This document shows, one piece after another, positions 46,165-55,805 of a stretch of DNA of 64,000 nucleotides. The DNA comes from an uncultured Hyphomonas sp. Its GTDB lineage: Bacteria > Pseudomonadota > Alphaproteobacteria > Caulobacterales > Hyphomonadaceae. How positions within the stretch are numbered: the stretch's first letter is position 1; every line of letters starts with the position of its first letter. The notes under the pieces were generated by a model. That model was not told where the DNA came from. It was given only the letters and a program-made list of their open reading frames with translations, and searched no databases. Where the stretch lies: positions 3,484 to 67,483 of the forward strand of contig CAZXXY010000001.1 of the NCBI GenBank assembly GCA_964644755.1, written 5' to 3'. The translations under genes and the position numbers were made by a program.

Positions 46165-47466
46165 CTAGGATACCGTAACGTCTGAGCGGTCATATTTTGC
46201 GTTTTCATACTGTTGAGCAACGATCTTTGCACTCAATGCTTCATTGAACTGAACGATGCTGGAAATTAGTTCATGCGAAAATGTTGCCCCCGTGTACCAA
46301 GTCCTTTGCTCTCCCTGCATGTCTCTTAGGCGGTCCAGTATCCCCTCCCGCATACTATCGAGACCGTAGCGCGGAAAATAGCGCCATACACGCTGCCTAA
46401 TCACACTCTTCAAAACCGCGCCTTGCCTCGCAATGTCTGCGCTGAGAATTTCAGTGAGCTCCTGTGGCGTCAAACCGTTGGAGACTTGTCCGGTAACATA
46501 GAGGTGCCCGCCAAGCTCTTCTTGATATCCTTCATATCTCCCTCCAATCAGCTTGCCGCCCTGCGCTCCGGGGGCCAATGCCGCTGATAGACCGGATACC
46601 CTGTGATCGGAAAACCAGTTGTCCGCCGCAACGAGACATGTCGTGTAATTTGTCCAATGAACGTGCTTGGAGATGTAGCGCTCTGCATCGGTCGCGTCGG
46701 TCAGCGCAGCAAATACGTCGACGGGAATGGCGCAGATAATCGCATCAAATCGCTCAGTCCGACCGGCTTGCACCACATCCACGCCGTCCGCGCCCCTGAC
46801 AATCTTCAAGACCTTGCTGTTGAGCTCGACTTCAAACTCCGCAGCCACACTGTTCCATAAATCAGACCACCCTTGGTCTGGCATACCCAACCGATTGAAG
46901 ACACCCGATGCGATGAATTTTGGCGTACACCACAATGCGGTCTGGCCTATAGAAGTTTCATCCAGACGGCCGTAACCCTGCGCTGTCTGCAGCCGGTACA
47001 AGGCCAGCTCCATCTTTGGCAGCTCCAGTTTGCGAATCCAGTCCAGAGTTGTCATCGAAGCTTCGGTCAGAACTTCGGCACTTGGTGATGTTTTCAGAAG
47101 ACGCCTGCGTAGCCCTGTCAAATGTCGCATAAAGGTCAGGATTTGTAACAATAAGGGTTTCCCCTCCCCTTTTTTCACGAAATCCACCACGCGTGCCCCA
47201 TCAAAACGGGCTTCCCCCAGTCTGGTGAGTGGCTGGCCATAACTGCGCAACCATTTCTTCACGGTCCGATGCTCCAATGACGTGTAGGATGTGCCCAATT
47301 CGACGACAAGCTCCCCTATCCGCAAAGATTCGGATTTACCACCAACCCGATCGTTTGATTCAAATACTTTGCATGATAGTCCCGCATCTGTCAGGAATTT
47401 GGCCATGCTCAGTCCAGCTGGACCGGCCCCCAACACAGCGACTCTTTTTGCAACTTTTGCGCGCAT
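46165..47466 (-). CDS. FAD-dependent oxidoreductase (amine-oxidase/desaturase-like fold)
   Basis: 433 aa with KRVAVLGAGPAGLSMAKFLTDAGLSCKVFESNDRVGGK. No finer assignment is possible by eye. Confidence 0.7.
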   Translation of the reverse strand: MRAKVAKRVAVLGAGPAGLSMAKFLTDAGLSCKVFESNDRVGGKSESLRIGELVVELGTSYTSLEHRTVKKWLRSYGQPLTRLGEARFDGARVVDFVKKGEGKPLLLQILTFMRHLTGLRRRLLKTSPSAEVLTEASMTTLDWIRKLELPKMELALYRLQTAQGYGRLDETSIGQTALWCTPKFIASGVFNRLGMPDQGWSDLWNSVAAEFEVELNSKVLKIVRGADGVDVVQAGRTERFDAIICAIPVDVFAALTDATDAERYISKHVHWTNYTTCLVAADNWFSDHRVSGLSAALAPGAQGGKLIGGRYEGYQEELGGHLYVTGQVSNGLTPQELTEILSADIARQGAVLKSVIRQRVWRYFPRYGLDSMREGILDRLRDMQGEQRTWYTGATFSHELISSIVQFNEALSAKIVAQQYENAKYDRSDVTVS

Positions 47467-47543
47467 ACAATTCTCAGCAATTATTGGTTGGAAAATGGTG
47501 ATTTCTTCGAGATAACTGATGACATTAACCTAATGTATCGAAA

Positions 47544-49253
47544 GTGTTGCTAGCAATTTTCGCAATGAAACGCTACTCATCCTCTTTTGAATCTCTTTTT
47601 AGTCCATTTTCAAAAATGCAACCTGAGGGAGATTGTTGTGCTGTCGAGTTGGCGAGCGCTCAGCAGTCACTGGTCGTGCGCCATCTTTCAGCAATCGCGG
47701 GCATCTCGATCATACTTTCTACATCTCTTGTTGTGACGCAAATTCAATATCAGAGCCTAACTTTATTGATGATCTGGTATACAATCAGCCTACCCATCCC
47801 TGTTGGGCAACTCGTCATTGCCCGCAAATACAGGAAAAGATCAAACCGCGACCGGTCCACCCTCAAACACTTCTCCGGAAGAGTGCTGGCGGCTGCAGAG
47901 CGCAACACCTTTCTCTATGGCCTGATATGGGCTTGTGTTCCAGTTATGGTCGTTGGCCCAAGTCAGGAAGCTTTACTTTTTGCCACAATCATTCAAGTTT
48001 CGATGTGCACTGGCCTCGGTATGATGCTTTCGGAAACACCACGCATCGTTATTCCATTTACCGTCATAAGCCTTCTTCCGCTTATGGTGAACTTGTTGAT
48101 AAATGGCACTGCCGTAAGTGTAGCACTGGCTCTCCTCACCCCCGTTTTGATCGGTGCCATTTTTATCGGCACCATTGCAAGCTACGAACAGCTCAAGCGG
48201 ATTGTCGGATCAGAAGCAAAAACCCGGCAAGCCCAGACCATACTCCGGGCCACGCTCGAAGCCTTGCCCGATGCGTTTGCTGTCTACGATCGGGACGGCA
48301 ACCGGGTTTTGAACAATGCCATTCATGACGCTTGGAAAGTAACTTCATCTCCACCCGAAACTGTTGAGGGAGAACATATCTTCAAAACAGAAGAGGATCA
48401 GTGGTTCCGACATTCATGGCTCAATGTTCCCGATGTCGGCACCTTATCTTTGCACAGCAACATTACAGCACAAAAAGAGCGCGAGGAAGCGCTTGTCAAA
48501 GCCAAACGAGCCGCAGAAGTCGCCAACGGAACCCGGGCCCGTTTTCTATCCCGTATGAGCCATGAACTTCGAACCCCTCTCAATAGTATTTTGGGCTTCT
48601 CAACTATTCTTGGCGAAAACACTCCCGACTCACCTCGAGACGTCAAGGAATACGCAGACTTCATAAAGGACTCTGGTCAACAATTGTTAGGCATGATCGA
48701 GGATGTCATCGACTACTCACAGATTGGCGAGCAGAAAAACGAGCAAAGCCATCATCCCGTTGACATCAAAACGACGATCTACAAAGCGATTGAACTGGCG
48801 AAAAAGAAGCCTGGCTGCCAAGAATTGAAGTCATTCAAAATCCGTATTCAGAATGGCGCTGAAACAGTTGTCGCAGACGCCACCATGATTGAACGCATTC
48901 TTACGGCGATCATATCAAATGCCATCAAATTTAGCCCATCCGCTCCTAGCATCACGATTACCTCCCGCCTGTTACGCGACAATCAACTGACAATTATTAT
49001 CCGCGATTTCGGCAAAGGCATGACGCAGCAGCAAATCGACGAAGCCTCTTCCGTCTTCTATCAGGTCGACGATAGTCGCCGACGCGCTCACGAAGGCGCC
49101 GGCTTGGGGCTTGCTCTCGCGCAGAAACTTGCCGCAAGCTCAGGTGCGGATCTCGAAATCATGAGTGAATTGGGGCGCGGAACTGTCGTCCTTTTGACAT
49201 TCAAAGACCCATTGCGACGGACTTGCGAAGGCACAGAGCGACTTACGGCTTAA
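47544..49253 (+). CDS. membrane sensor histidine kinase (multi-TM sensor, PAS-like, HisKA, HATPase_c); no adjacent response regulator
   Basis: H-box RFLSRMSHELRTPLNSILGFS. N and G boxes (ISNAIKFSP, RDFGKGM, GAGLGLALA). About 5-6 N-terminal hydrophobic helices. The GTG start at 47544 is uncertain; ATG at 47565 is possible. Confidence 0.8.
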   Translation: MLLAIFAMKRYSSSFESLFSPFSKMQPEGDCCAVELASAQQSLVVRHLSAIAGISIILSTSLVVTQIQYQSLTLLMIWYTISLPIPVGQLVIARKYRKRSNRDRSTLKHFSGRVLAAAERNTFLYGLIWACVPVMVVGPSQEALLFATIIQVSMCTGLGMMLSETPRIVIPFTVISLLPLMVNLLINGTAVSVALALLTPVLIGAIFIGTIASYEQLKRIVGSEAKTRQAQTILRATLEALPDAFAVYDRDGNRVLNNAIHDAWKVTSSPPETVEGEHIFKTEEDQWFRHSWLNVPDVGTLSLHSNITAQKEREEALVKAKRAAEVANGTRARFLSRMSHELRTPLNSILGFSTILGENTPDSPRDVKEYADFIKDSGQQLLGMIEDVIDYSQIGEQKNEQSHHPVDIKTTIYKAIELAKKKPGCQELKSFKIRIQNGAETVVADATMIERILTAIISNAIKFSPSAPSITITSRLLRDNQLTIIIRDFGKGMTQQQIDEASSVFYQVDDSRRRAHEGAGLGLALAQKLAASSGADLEIMSELGRGTVVLLTFKDPLRRTCEGTERLTA

Positions 49254-50805
49254 ACTTACCTCGTCCGCGACGTTTGCTCTTTGCGTAGCTTGTCGGCTTC
49301 GTAGGGGTCGCCTTGTGAGCAAAAGGGTTTGCCCCTTGCCGAACGGTTAGCCGAATAGGAACGCCGCGCATATCAAATGCCTCGCGAATTCCATTGATCA
49401 GATATCGCTTATACTGCTCTGGCATGTGTTCGCCACGTGACGCGATCAGCACAAAACTTGGCGGACGCGCCTTCATCTGCGCCATATAGCGCGGCTTGAT
49501 GCGTTTGCCATGAACAGATGGCGGCGGATGCTTCTCGATCGCATAGCGTAACCATCGATTCAGATCGCCTGTCTTTACACGCGCATTCCAGTTGTCGAAT
49601 ACGGTCGCAACCGCTGGCATCAGTTTTTCTACGCGCTTTCCTGTTAGCCCCGACAATGCGACCAATGGTGCTTCTCCGGCATTTGGCAAGAGACGATTTA
49701 CCCGGTCACGTAGCTCTGTCAGAGTCTTCTCTGGGGCGTCTACCTCATCCCATTTGGAAACAACCAGAACCAATCCGCGTCCTTCGCGAAGGCACAAGTC
49801 TGCAATTTGCAAATCCTGTTTTTCCAAGGCTTCCCGGGCATCCATCACAAGCGCAACGATATCCGCATATTTAAGCGATCGCACAGTTTCACCGGTCGAC
49901 ATCCGTTCGAGCCGGTCTTGAACCTTGGCGCGCTTTCTTAGGCCCGCGGTATCAACCAGTCTAATCCGCCGGCCGTCCCAATTCCAGTCGATCGAGACGG
50001 AGTCCCTTGTGATTCCGGCCTCCGGACCGGTTAGCAAACGGTCGGAATTCAACAGTGTATTTATCAATGTCGATTTGCCCGCATTCGGGCGACCGATAAT
50101 GGCTAACCGAATGGGTTTTGAGTCCGACTCTGCCTGCGCTTCGGGTTCAAGATCATCCTCGATTCCCGCAGCTTCAATGGCTGCCTGCAGGGCATCATCT
50201 GTCAGATTCGGATCATCGACATTAATCGCTTCAAGCTTGGCCAGAATATCTTCACCGCGCTCAAAACTCTCAACCTCTTCGTCCATCCTGAACGCTTCAG
50301 CCAACCCATCTTCGCCCAGTGCAACGCGAAAGGCTTCAAACAGGTCGCCGAAACCTTCTCCATGCTCTGCTGACAAAGCCACAGGTTCCCCAAATCCCAA
50401 CCGGAAGGCATCATAAAGGCCCGGCAATCCAGCCTTCCCCTCGCATTTGTTAGCAGCCAGGACGACAGGGATATCTGCACGCCGCAATATGTCGGCAAAG
50501 CGTTCATCCATGCTAATAACGCCCGCGCGCGCATCGATCAGAAACAGCGCAATGTCCGCTTCTTCGATGGCCATTTCGGTCTGGGCACGCATGCGCGCCT
50601 CTAAAGACCCGTCATTTGCATCTTCGTATCCGGCGGTGTCTATCAATGTGAGCGGCAAACCTGCCAGATCGCCAGGCGCTTCTTTGCGGTCTCGCGTCAC
50701 ACCAGGCTGATCATCGACAAGCGCAAGGCGTTTGCCAGCCAACCTGTTGAATAATGTGGATTTCCCGACATTCGGGCGACCAACTATGGCCAATTTCAAA
50801 GGCAT
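49243..50805 (-). CDS. der: ribosome biogenesis GTPase Der (EngA)
   Basis: Two GTPase domains (GRPNVGKSTLFN, DTAG; GRPNAGKSTLIN, DTAGLR) plus a KH-like C-domain. An acidic linker lies between the G domains, and the C-terminal tail is basic. Confidence 0.9.
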   Translation of the reverse strand: MPLKLAIVGRPNVGKSTLFNRLAGKRLALVDDQPGVTRDRKEAPGDLAGLPLTLIDTAGYEDANDGSLEARMRAQTEMAIEEADIALFLIDARAGVISMDERFADILRRADIPVVLAANKCEGKAGLPGLYDAFRLGFGEPVALSAEHGEGFGDLFEAFRVALGEDGLAEAFRMDEEVESFERGEDILAKLEAINVDDPNLTDDALQAAIEAAGIEDDLEPEAQAESDSKPIRLAIIGRPNAGKSTLINTLLNSDRLLTGPEAGITRDSVSIDWNWDGRRIRLVDTAGLRKRAKVQDRLERMSTGETVRSLKYADIVALVMDAREALEKQDLQIADLCLREGRGLVLVVSKWDEVDAPEKTLTELRDRVNRLLPNAGEAPLVALSGLTGKRVEKLMPAVATVFDNWNARVKTGDLNRWLRYAIEKHPPPSVHGKRIKPRYMAQMKARPPSFVLIASRGEHMPEQYKRYLINGIREAFDMRGVPIRLTVRQGANPFAHKATPTKPTSYAKSKRRGRGKFKP

Positions 50806-50822
50806 TATAACATCCAGACGGA

Positions 50823-52169
50823 CTAGCGAACAGCAATGAGACGGCCTTCATCTGTAAGGATGATGAGCTTGTCGCCCACTGCGATGGGTTCAAGGAATAC
50901 AGGTGCACGCAATTTAAGGCGCGCCGTCTCTTCGCCGGTTTGGGGAGACAATGCAACCAATTCTCCCTTGGAAGATAGTACAATCACCCGATTTGAAGCA
51001 ACAATCGGCCCAGCATAGGTAATCCGGCCAGATTTCTTTCTCTCATTCCCAAACCTGTCAAGCTGGGTCGCCCAGATCACCGCTCCATTGTTTGCAGCCA
51101 TGCAAACAACCTGCCCTTCAACGCCAGAAACAAACAGATACTCACCGGCAATTGCGGGGGCAAACACCGATCCAATCGGTTGGGACCAGACCCGCTGGCC
51201 ACTTCTGCCATCAATCGCTGTTGTCAAACCCGATTGGCTGGACGCAAAGACAAGCCCGGAGCTCAAGACGGGCCGCGACGAAATATCGTTGATTGATGAA
51301 ATCGGGGTAAACCGTCCTGTCCTGACCAAAGCATCGGTCCAAAGGCGCCGTCCATTCAGCGCGAGATAAGCAATGACCTCACCAGACGAATAAGGCACAA
51401 CAACCAGTTCTTCTACGGCTGCCGGGCTAGGGGAACTGAGCACCCGAGCAGACTCCGAAATCGCCTGATCACTCCACTCCAGAGATCCATCTGCTACCGA
51501 CAATGCGAAAACTTCATTGTTCTGGCTCAGAATAAAGGCTCGCCCATCCTTGATCGTGGGCGCACCTGTTGTCGGTCCGGAGAAATCCCGCCGCCATTTT
51601 TCTTCGCCAGTCTCGACATCAAGCGCAACGGCAAAGCCATAGCCGCTGGTCGCAATTACAACGTCACCTGCAACTGCAATGCCGCCGCCAAAACTACGTT
51701 TGTCCCGACGTGAGCCGGAATCCAGCCCAACGGACCATAGCCGAGCCCCTGTCTCAACGGAAAATGCTCGGACATTTTGTCCGGCATCAATCAGAAAGAC
51801 TGTGTCGCGATTAGCAACAGGTGAGGCTGTTAACGCGGCATTTTGGCCGGACCCCTGGCCTGCATTGACCCGCCAGGCAATTTCCAAATTTTCTGCAGCC
51901 GCAACGTGTCCGACCACTTTGCTTGCTGTCGCGCCAGCTTGAGGCCACTCAGCCAACACGCGGCTATCGGGCAGGATCACGGCAACGTCGACCATTTCAG
52001 GATCAGCTTCGAGGGGCTTGTCACCAAGAGCTAAATTGATGCGGCCTGCCCGATCCTCTTCCCGTTCAGCAGCGCGTCTTTCACGGCCCAAATCCAGTAC
52101 CGAGCAGCCCGCCAACAATGTGGCGAATGCCAAGGTTGCAAACACAGAATATGTGGATCGGCTTATCAT
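50823..52169 (-). CDS. bamB: outer-membrane assembly lipoprotein BamB (PQQ-like beta-propeller)
   Basis: Lipobox LLAGCS. Repeated propeller blades. Lies between the yfgM-like gene and der, as in E. coli. ATGA overlap with the upstream gene. Confidence 0.8.
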   Translation of the reverse strand: MISRSTYSVFATLAFATLLAGCSVLDLGRERRAAEREEDRAGRINLALGDKPLEADPEMVDVAVILPDSRVLAEWPQAGATASKVVGHVAAAENLEIAWRVNAGQGSGQNAALTASPVANRDTVFLIDAGQNVRAFSVETGARLWSVGLDSGSRRDKRSFGGGIAVAGDVVIATSGYGFAVALDVETGEEKWRRDFSGPTTGAPTIKDGRAFILSQNNEVFALSVADGSLEWSDQAISESARVLSSPSPAAVEELVVVPYSSGEVIAYLALNGRRLWTDALVRTGRFTPISSINDISSRPVLSSGLVFASSQSGLTTAIDGRSGQRVWSQPIGSVFAPAIAGEYLFVSGVEGQVVCMAANNGAVIWATQLDRFGNERKKSGRITYAGPIVASNRVIVLSSKGELVALSPQTGEETARLKLRAPVFLEPIAVGDKLIILTDEGRLIAVR

Positions 52170-52903
52170 TGTTCAGCTCCTTGAATTTCAGGATCGGTTG
52201 CCTCGGCATTTATTGATTCATCAACTCCGGCCTCCGGCTCTTGAGAACCTTGCGATGCTGGAGCCTCTGACACCGGAATGACACTGAGCGCGACCTCGGC
52301 CCGCTGTACAACTCCGGGAGGCACATTCGCAGCAAGCTGCAAATAAGAAAATTCTTCGCGTGCCCGCTGGAAGTCACCTTCGCTAAAGGCCTTCGCCGCG
52401 ATTAACTCGGTCGCCAAAACACCAATAGCGGTTTGACGTTCCGGCAGATCCCCCAGAAAATCTTCAAGTTCTGCGAGGCTCAAATTCTCGGACCGAATAT
52501 AGGCGGCTTTCAGTACGGCAAGACGTTGTACCGGGCCATCATCGCTCATGCTCGCCTCCAATGAAGTTGCGGCGTTATCAATATCACCATTACCTTCATA
52601 TTGGGTTTGGGCTAAAAACTGTGCCGCAAGTGGCGCAATGTCGGTTCCGCTGGACGCCAGATCCGCAAAACCTGCCTCTGCACTTGCATAATCACCTTCA
52701 GCCAATTGGGTCCGCGCAGTTTCAAAGGCAATCACCCGTTCGACAGTCTGCTGGTTCTTTTGTCCGACGGACCATTCGCGATAAGCCACAGCTGCGATAA
52801 TCGCGATGCCCAATATCCAAACAAACACCCCATAGCGCTTCCACCAGTCGGACGCTTTGTCCTGTCGAAGGCTCTCTTCGACTTCCTCAAAAACATCACT
52901 CAC
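52166..52903 (-). CDS. YfgM-like single-pass TPR membrane protein
   Basis: ORF 52166..52969(-), which begins at a TTG. I prefer the GTG at 52903, 11 nt after GGAG (VSDVFEEVEESLRQDKASDWWKRYGVFVWILGIAIIAAVAY...). Confidence 0.65.
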   Translation of the reverse strand: MSDVFEEVEESLRQDKASDWWKRYGVFVWILGIAIIAAVAYREWSVGQKNQQTVERVIAFETARTQLAEGDYASAEAGFADLASSGTDIAPLAAQFLAQTQYEGNGDIDNAATSLEASMSDDGPVQRLAVLKAAYIRSENLSLAELEDFLGDLPERQTAIGVLATELIAAKAFSEGDFQRAREEFSYLQLAANVPPGVVQRAEVALSVIPVSEAPASQGSQEPEAGVDESINAEATDPEIQGAEQ

Positions 52904-52982
52904 AGCTCTTAGGCTCCATATATAGAATCTCTTCGTCCGCACATTACCTACACCGAAACGCAGGGGCAACGCACGAACTGGT

Positions 52983-53810
52983 TTAGGTTTCGGGTCGTTT
53001 TATTTTGTAGAGCTCATCTGGCCCCGGAAAACTGCGCTCGCGCACAGCCTCTGAGTAATCTTTGGCGGCGGTTTCGATCTCGCCGCGTAAATCCGCAAAT
53101 TTCCTCACAAATTTCGGCGTCCAATCGAAAACACCAAGCATATCATCGGTTACAAGAATTTGCCCATCGCATGCTGGCGAAGCCCCGATCCCGATGGTCG
53201 GACACGACACAGCTTGCGTGATTTCTGCCGCCAATTGCTCGGAAACACCTTCAACGACGATGGCAAACGCACCAGCATCTGCTGCCGCGACAGCTTCTGC
53301 GATGGCACGTCCCCATCCGGCTTGTGTCCGACCCTTGGCGCGGAACCCACCGTCGACATTTACCGCTTGCGGGCGCAGACCAACATGCCCCATCACCGGC
53401 ACACCGCGTGCTACGAGATGCGCGATCTGCTCACTTGCATATGTGCCGCTTTCAATTTTGACGGCTTGGCATCCGGTGCGCTTCATAATTTCCGCAGCGT
53501 TCAAAAAGGCCTGGTCAGCATTGGTCTCGTAAGACCCGAAGGGCATATCCACGACCACAAAAGCCTGCTTTGAGCCGCGCATCACCGCCTGCCCGTGCAG
53601 GATCATCATCTCCATGGTCACGCCGACGGTCGAGGGCAAACCGTGGACAACCATGCCGACACTGTCACCGACCAGTAACATATCGCAATGCGGGTCGAGG
53701 AGTTCAGCCATGGGTGCTGAATAGGCTGTTAAGCAGACGAGCGGCGTCCCACCTTTGGCGGCGGCCAGATCTTTTACCGTTTTACGGCGAATTTGGTTCT
53801 GTGCAGACAT
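52983..53810 (-). CDS. panB: 3-methyl-2-oxobutanoate hydroxymethyltransferase
   Basis: 275 aa with LTAYSAPMAELLDPHCDMLLVGDSVGMVVHG...VVDMPFGSY...AVKIESG. Confidence 0.9.
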   Translation of the reverse strand: MSAQNQIRRKTVKDLAAAKGGTPLVCLTAYSAPMAELLDPHCDMLLVGDSVGMVVHGLPSTVGVTMEMMILHGQAVMRGSKQAFVVVDMPFGSYETNADQAFLNAAEIMKRTGCQAVKIESGTYASEQIAHLVARGVPVMGHVGLRPQAVNVDGGFRAKGRTQAGWGRAIAEAVAAADAGAFAIVVEGVSEQLAAEITQAVSCPTIGIGASPACDGQILVTDDMLGVFDWTPKFVRKFADLRGEIETAAKDYSEAVRERSFPGPDELYKIKRPET

Positions 53811-54056
53811 AGGGAGCGATTAGCGCGCCAAAGCAGAACTGGCAATCATTTCTGCCATATCTTGTTCTCAAATCCGGTCATGCAACACGACCGTGACCGT
53901 TCAAAAGAAGTGCCGCAAATCGTTCCGCCCCGGACTCGTGAGGAGCGTCATATCCTTCAACAGGTCTGAAGAAATTTACAATTTGTTGGACCAATTCGCC
54001 AAATCCAGCGCTCGCATGCATACTCGTCGATGAGCACGAATTGAGAGGTGGAAGAC

Positions 54057-54698
54057 ATGCCAAGACTGAAACAAACCGGACGCGCCGAAGCTGACGATTT
54101 CGCAAAAACTATCTATTCAATGCTTTTTGGAGACCGTGATCCTGTCGAACAACCGGGCACAGCAACCGGTACGCCGGGGAATTGGTGGACCGTCTTTGCC
54201 ACCGTGCCGGATGCCTTCAAGCACACGACTGAAGGTTTTCAGTTCTATCGATCACCTAACCGAAAACTCGATCCGAAATTACGTGAACTGGGCCAGACCC
54301 GCGCCGGATTTGCTGTTGGCAGTCAGTTTGTGTTCTCTCAACATTGCAAAGCGTGCCGGGATGTCGGGGTCAGTGATGACCAGATTCAAGCCCTTCCGCA
54401 CTGGCAAGTCGCCGACTGCTTCTCCAACATCGAGCGCGCGGTACTGGCCTATACCGACGCGCTGGTTCTGCAACATGGACGCGTCCCCGAGGCCGTGTTC
54501 GCTGCACTGAAACAGGATTTGTCGGACGAAGAAATCCTAGAGCTAACTTACATCACATGCACCTATATGATGCACGCGGTGATGAGCCGGGCACTCAGGC
54601 TCGAATATGACGATGTTGGCGAGCGGGTTGTCGAAATCGCCGCCCCCGACAATACTGACAATGACGTTATGAATGTCGTCGATACAGGAGACACATAA
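54057..54698 (+). CDS. carboxymuconolactone decarboxylase (AhpD-like) family protein
   Basis: ORF 54048..54698. ATG at 54057 lies 8 nt after GAGAGG. CMD-like helices (FVFSQHCKACRDVGVSDDQI, ERAVLAYTDALV). Confidence 0.65.
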   Translation: MPRLKQTGRAEADDFAKTIYSMLFGDRDPVEQPGTATGTPGNWWTVFATVPDAFKHTTEGFQFYRSPNRKLDPKLRELGQTRAGFAVGSQFVFSQHCKACRDVGVSDDQIQALPHWQVADCFSNIERAVLAYTDALVLQHGRVPEAVFAALKQDLSDEEILELTYITCTYMMHAVMSRALRLEYDDVGERVVEIAAPDNTDNDVMNVVDTGDT

Positions 54699-54700
54699 TT

Positions 54701-55237
54701 ATGGCCTATCACCACCTTGCGCTCGCGACAGCAGATATCAATGCAACCCATGCCTTTTATGAAGGGATTATGGGCTTTGAGCTTGTGAAAGTTGAGGTTG
54801 CTCCAGTCATTGGTGGCGGTTGGGGCAAGCATTTCTTCTACCGTATTGACGGAAATGACAGCAGATTTATCGCCTTTTGGGAGCTCAACGATACGCCCAA
54901 TCTGGACGCCCACGAATATAACCTGAACAAAGCCGCAAACTTGCCAGAGGGTACGAACCATTTCTCGTTCGAGGTCAGTAGCGCAGAGGAGTTGCAAGCA
55001 GCCCGCGACCGGTGGAATGGGGCCGGCCTCGACGTGCTGGAAATCGACCACAATTGGTGCCATTCCGTCTACACGCGCGATCCAGATGGCAATATGGTTG
55101 AGTACTGTCTGACGACAGGCACGTTTACCGACGAAGATCGCGACCATGCTTTAGCGATGCTTTCGGAGACCGAATTCAAACCTTCCCCGCCGCCAGCGGC
55201 CATGAAACCCTGGCCTGCGCAGAAGCTCACGCCGTAG
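54701..55237 (+). CDS. VOC (glyoxalase/bleomycin-resistance/dioxygenase) family protein
   Basis: 178 aa with HHLALATADINATHAFYEGIMGFELV...NHFSFEV...HSVYTRDPDGNMVEY. Confidence 0.75.
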   Translation: MAYHHLALATADINATHAFYEGIMGFELVKVEVAPVIGGGWGKHFFYRIDGNDSRFIAFWELNDTPNLDAHEYNLNKAANLPEGTNHFSFEVSSAEELQAARDRWNGAGLDVLEIDHNWCHSVYTRDPDGNMVEYCLTTGTFTDEDRDHALAMLSETEFKPSPPPAAMKPWPAQKLTP

Positions 55238-55243
55238 CGGAGC

Positions 55244-55711
55244 TTACCAGAGCGGTCTGTCGGGCGATGCCTGAGCTGCCAGTTTCGTCAGAATCTGGTT
55301 GAGCTGGGCCATCTCATGGTGGCTTAAAGATGACGCAATGCGATCAAGCTCCGCCTGCGCCAAAGGGACAATCTGATCATATATGTCTTGCCCTTGTGCC
55401 GTCAGATGCAAGTGGGAGCGGCGACCATCATCGGAGGCTGTGACCCGTTTTAACCGCCCCTGCTCGATCAGTCCTGTTACAGCGCGGCTGACCGCAACTT
55501 TGTCCATTGCAGTGTGAGCAACAATGCCAGATGCGCTAACACCTTCGCGCTCCCCGACAACGGCCATAACGCGCCATTGCCACAAAGTCAGGCCAAAGGC
55601 CGATTGATAACGATCGGCAATCTGCTTGGAAATCGTGTTCGAAAGCACGGACAACCGAAACGGCAAAAACTCGCCAAGCCGCAATCCCGCGTCACTTACC
55701 CCATCTGCCAT
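55244..55711 (-). CDS. MarR family transcriptional regulator
   Basis: 155 aa with [49 protein letters not shown]. Divergent from hpd. Confidence 0.85.
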   Translation of the reverse strand: MADGVSDAGLRLGEFLPFRLSVLSNTISKQIADRYQSAFGLTLWQWRVMAVVGEREGVSASGIVAHTAMDKVAVSRAVTGLIEQGRLKRVTASDDGRRSHLHLTAQGQDIYDQIVPLAQAELDRIASSLSHHEMAQLNQILTKLAAQASPDRPLW

Positions 55712-55805
55712 ACACTATACCCGCCTTTTTCTTCTTGTTCGATTAGCAAAAATATGTTTTCAACGCAAATTAGTTACATATGAAACCAATTTGGAGACAC
55801 GCGCT

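Noticed and set aside
49243-50805. Der being unusually long (520 aa), with an acidic inter-domain insert and a basic tail
   Set aside because: To my knowledge, linker and tail extensions of this kind are common in alphaproteobacterial Der proteins. All G motifs are normal.
53811-54056. 246-nt intergenic region after panB, including the 75-aa ORF at 53878..54105(-)
   Set aside because: The ORF has no SD and no recognisable motifs, and it overlaps the CMD gene start. I also found no convincing hairpin, repeat or RNA-gene signature, so it is left unannotated.
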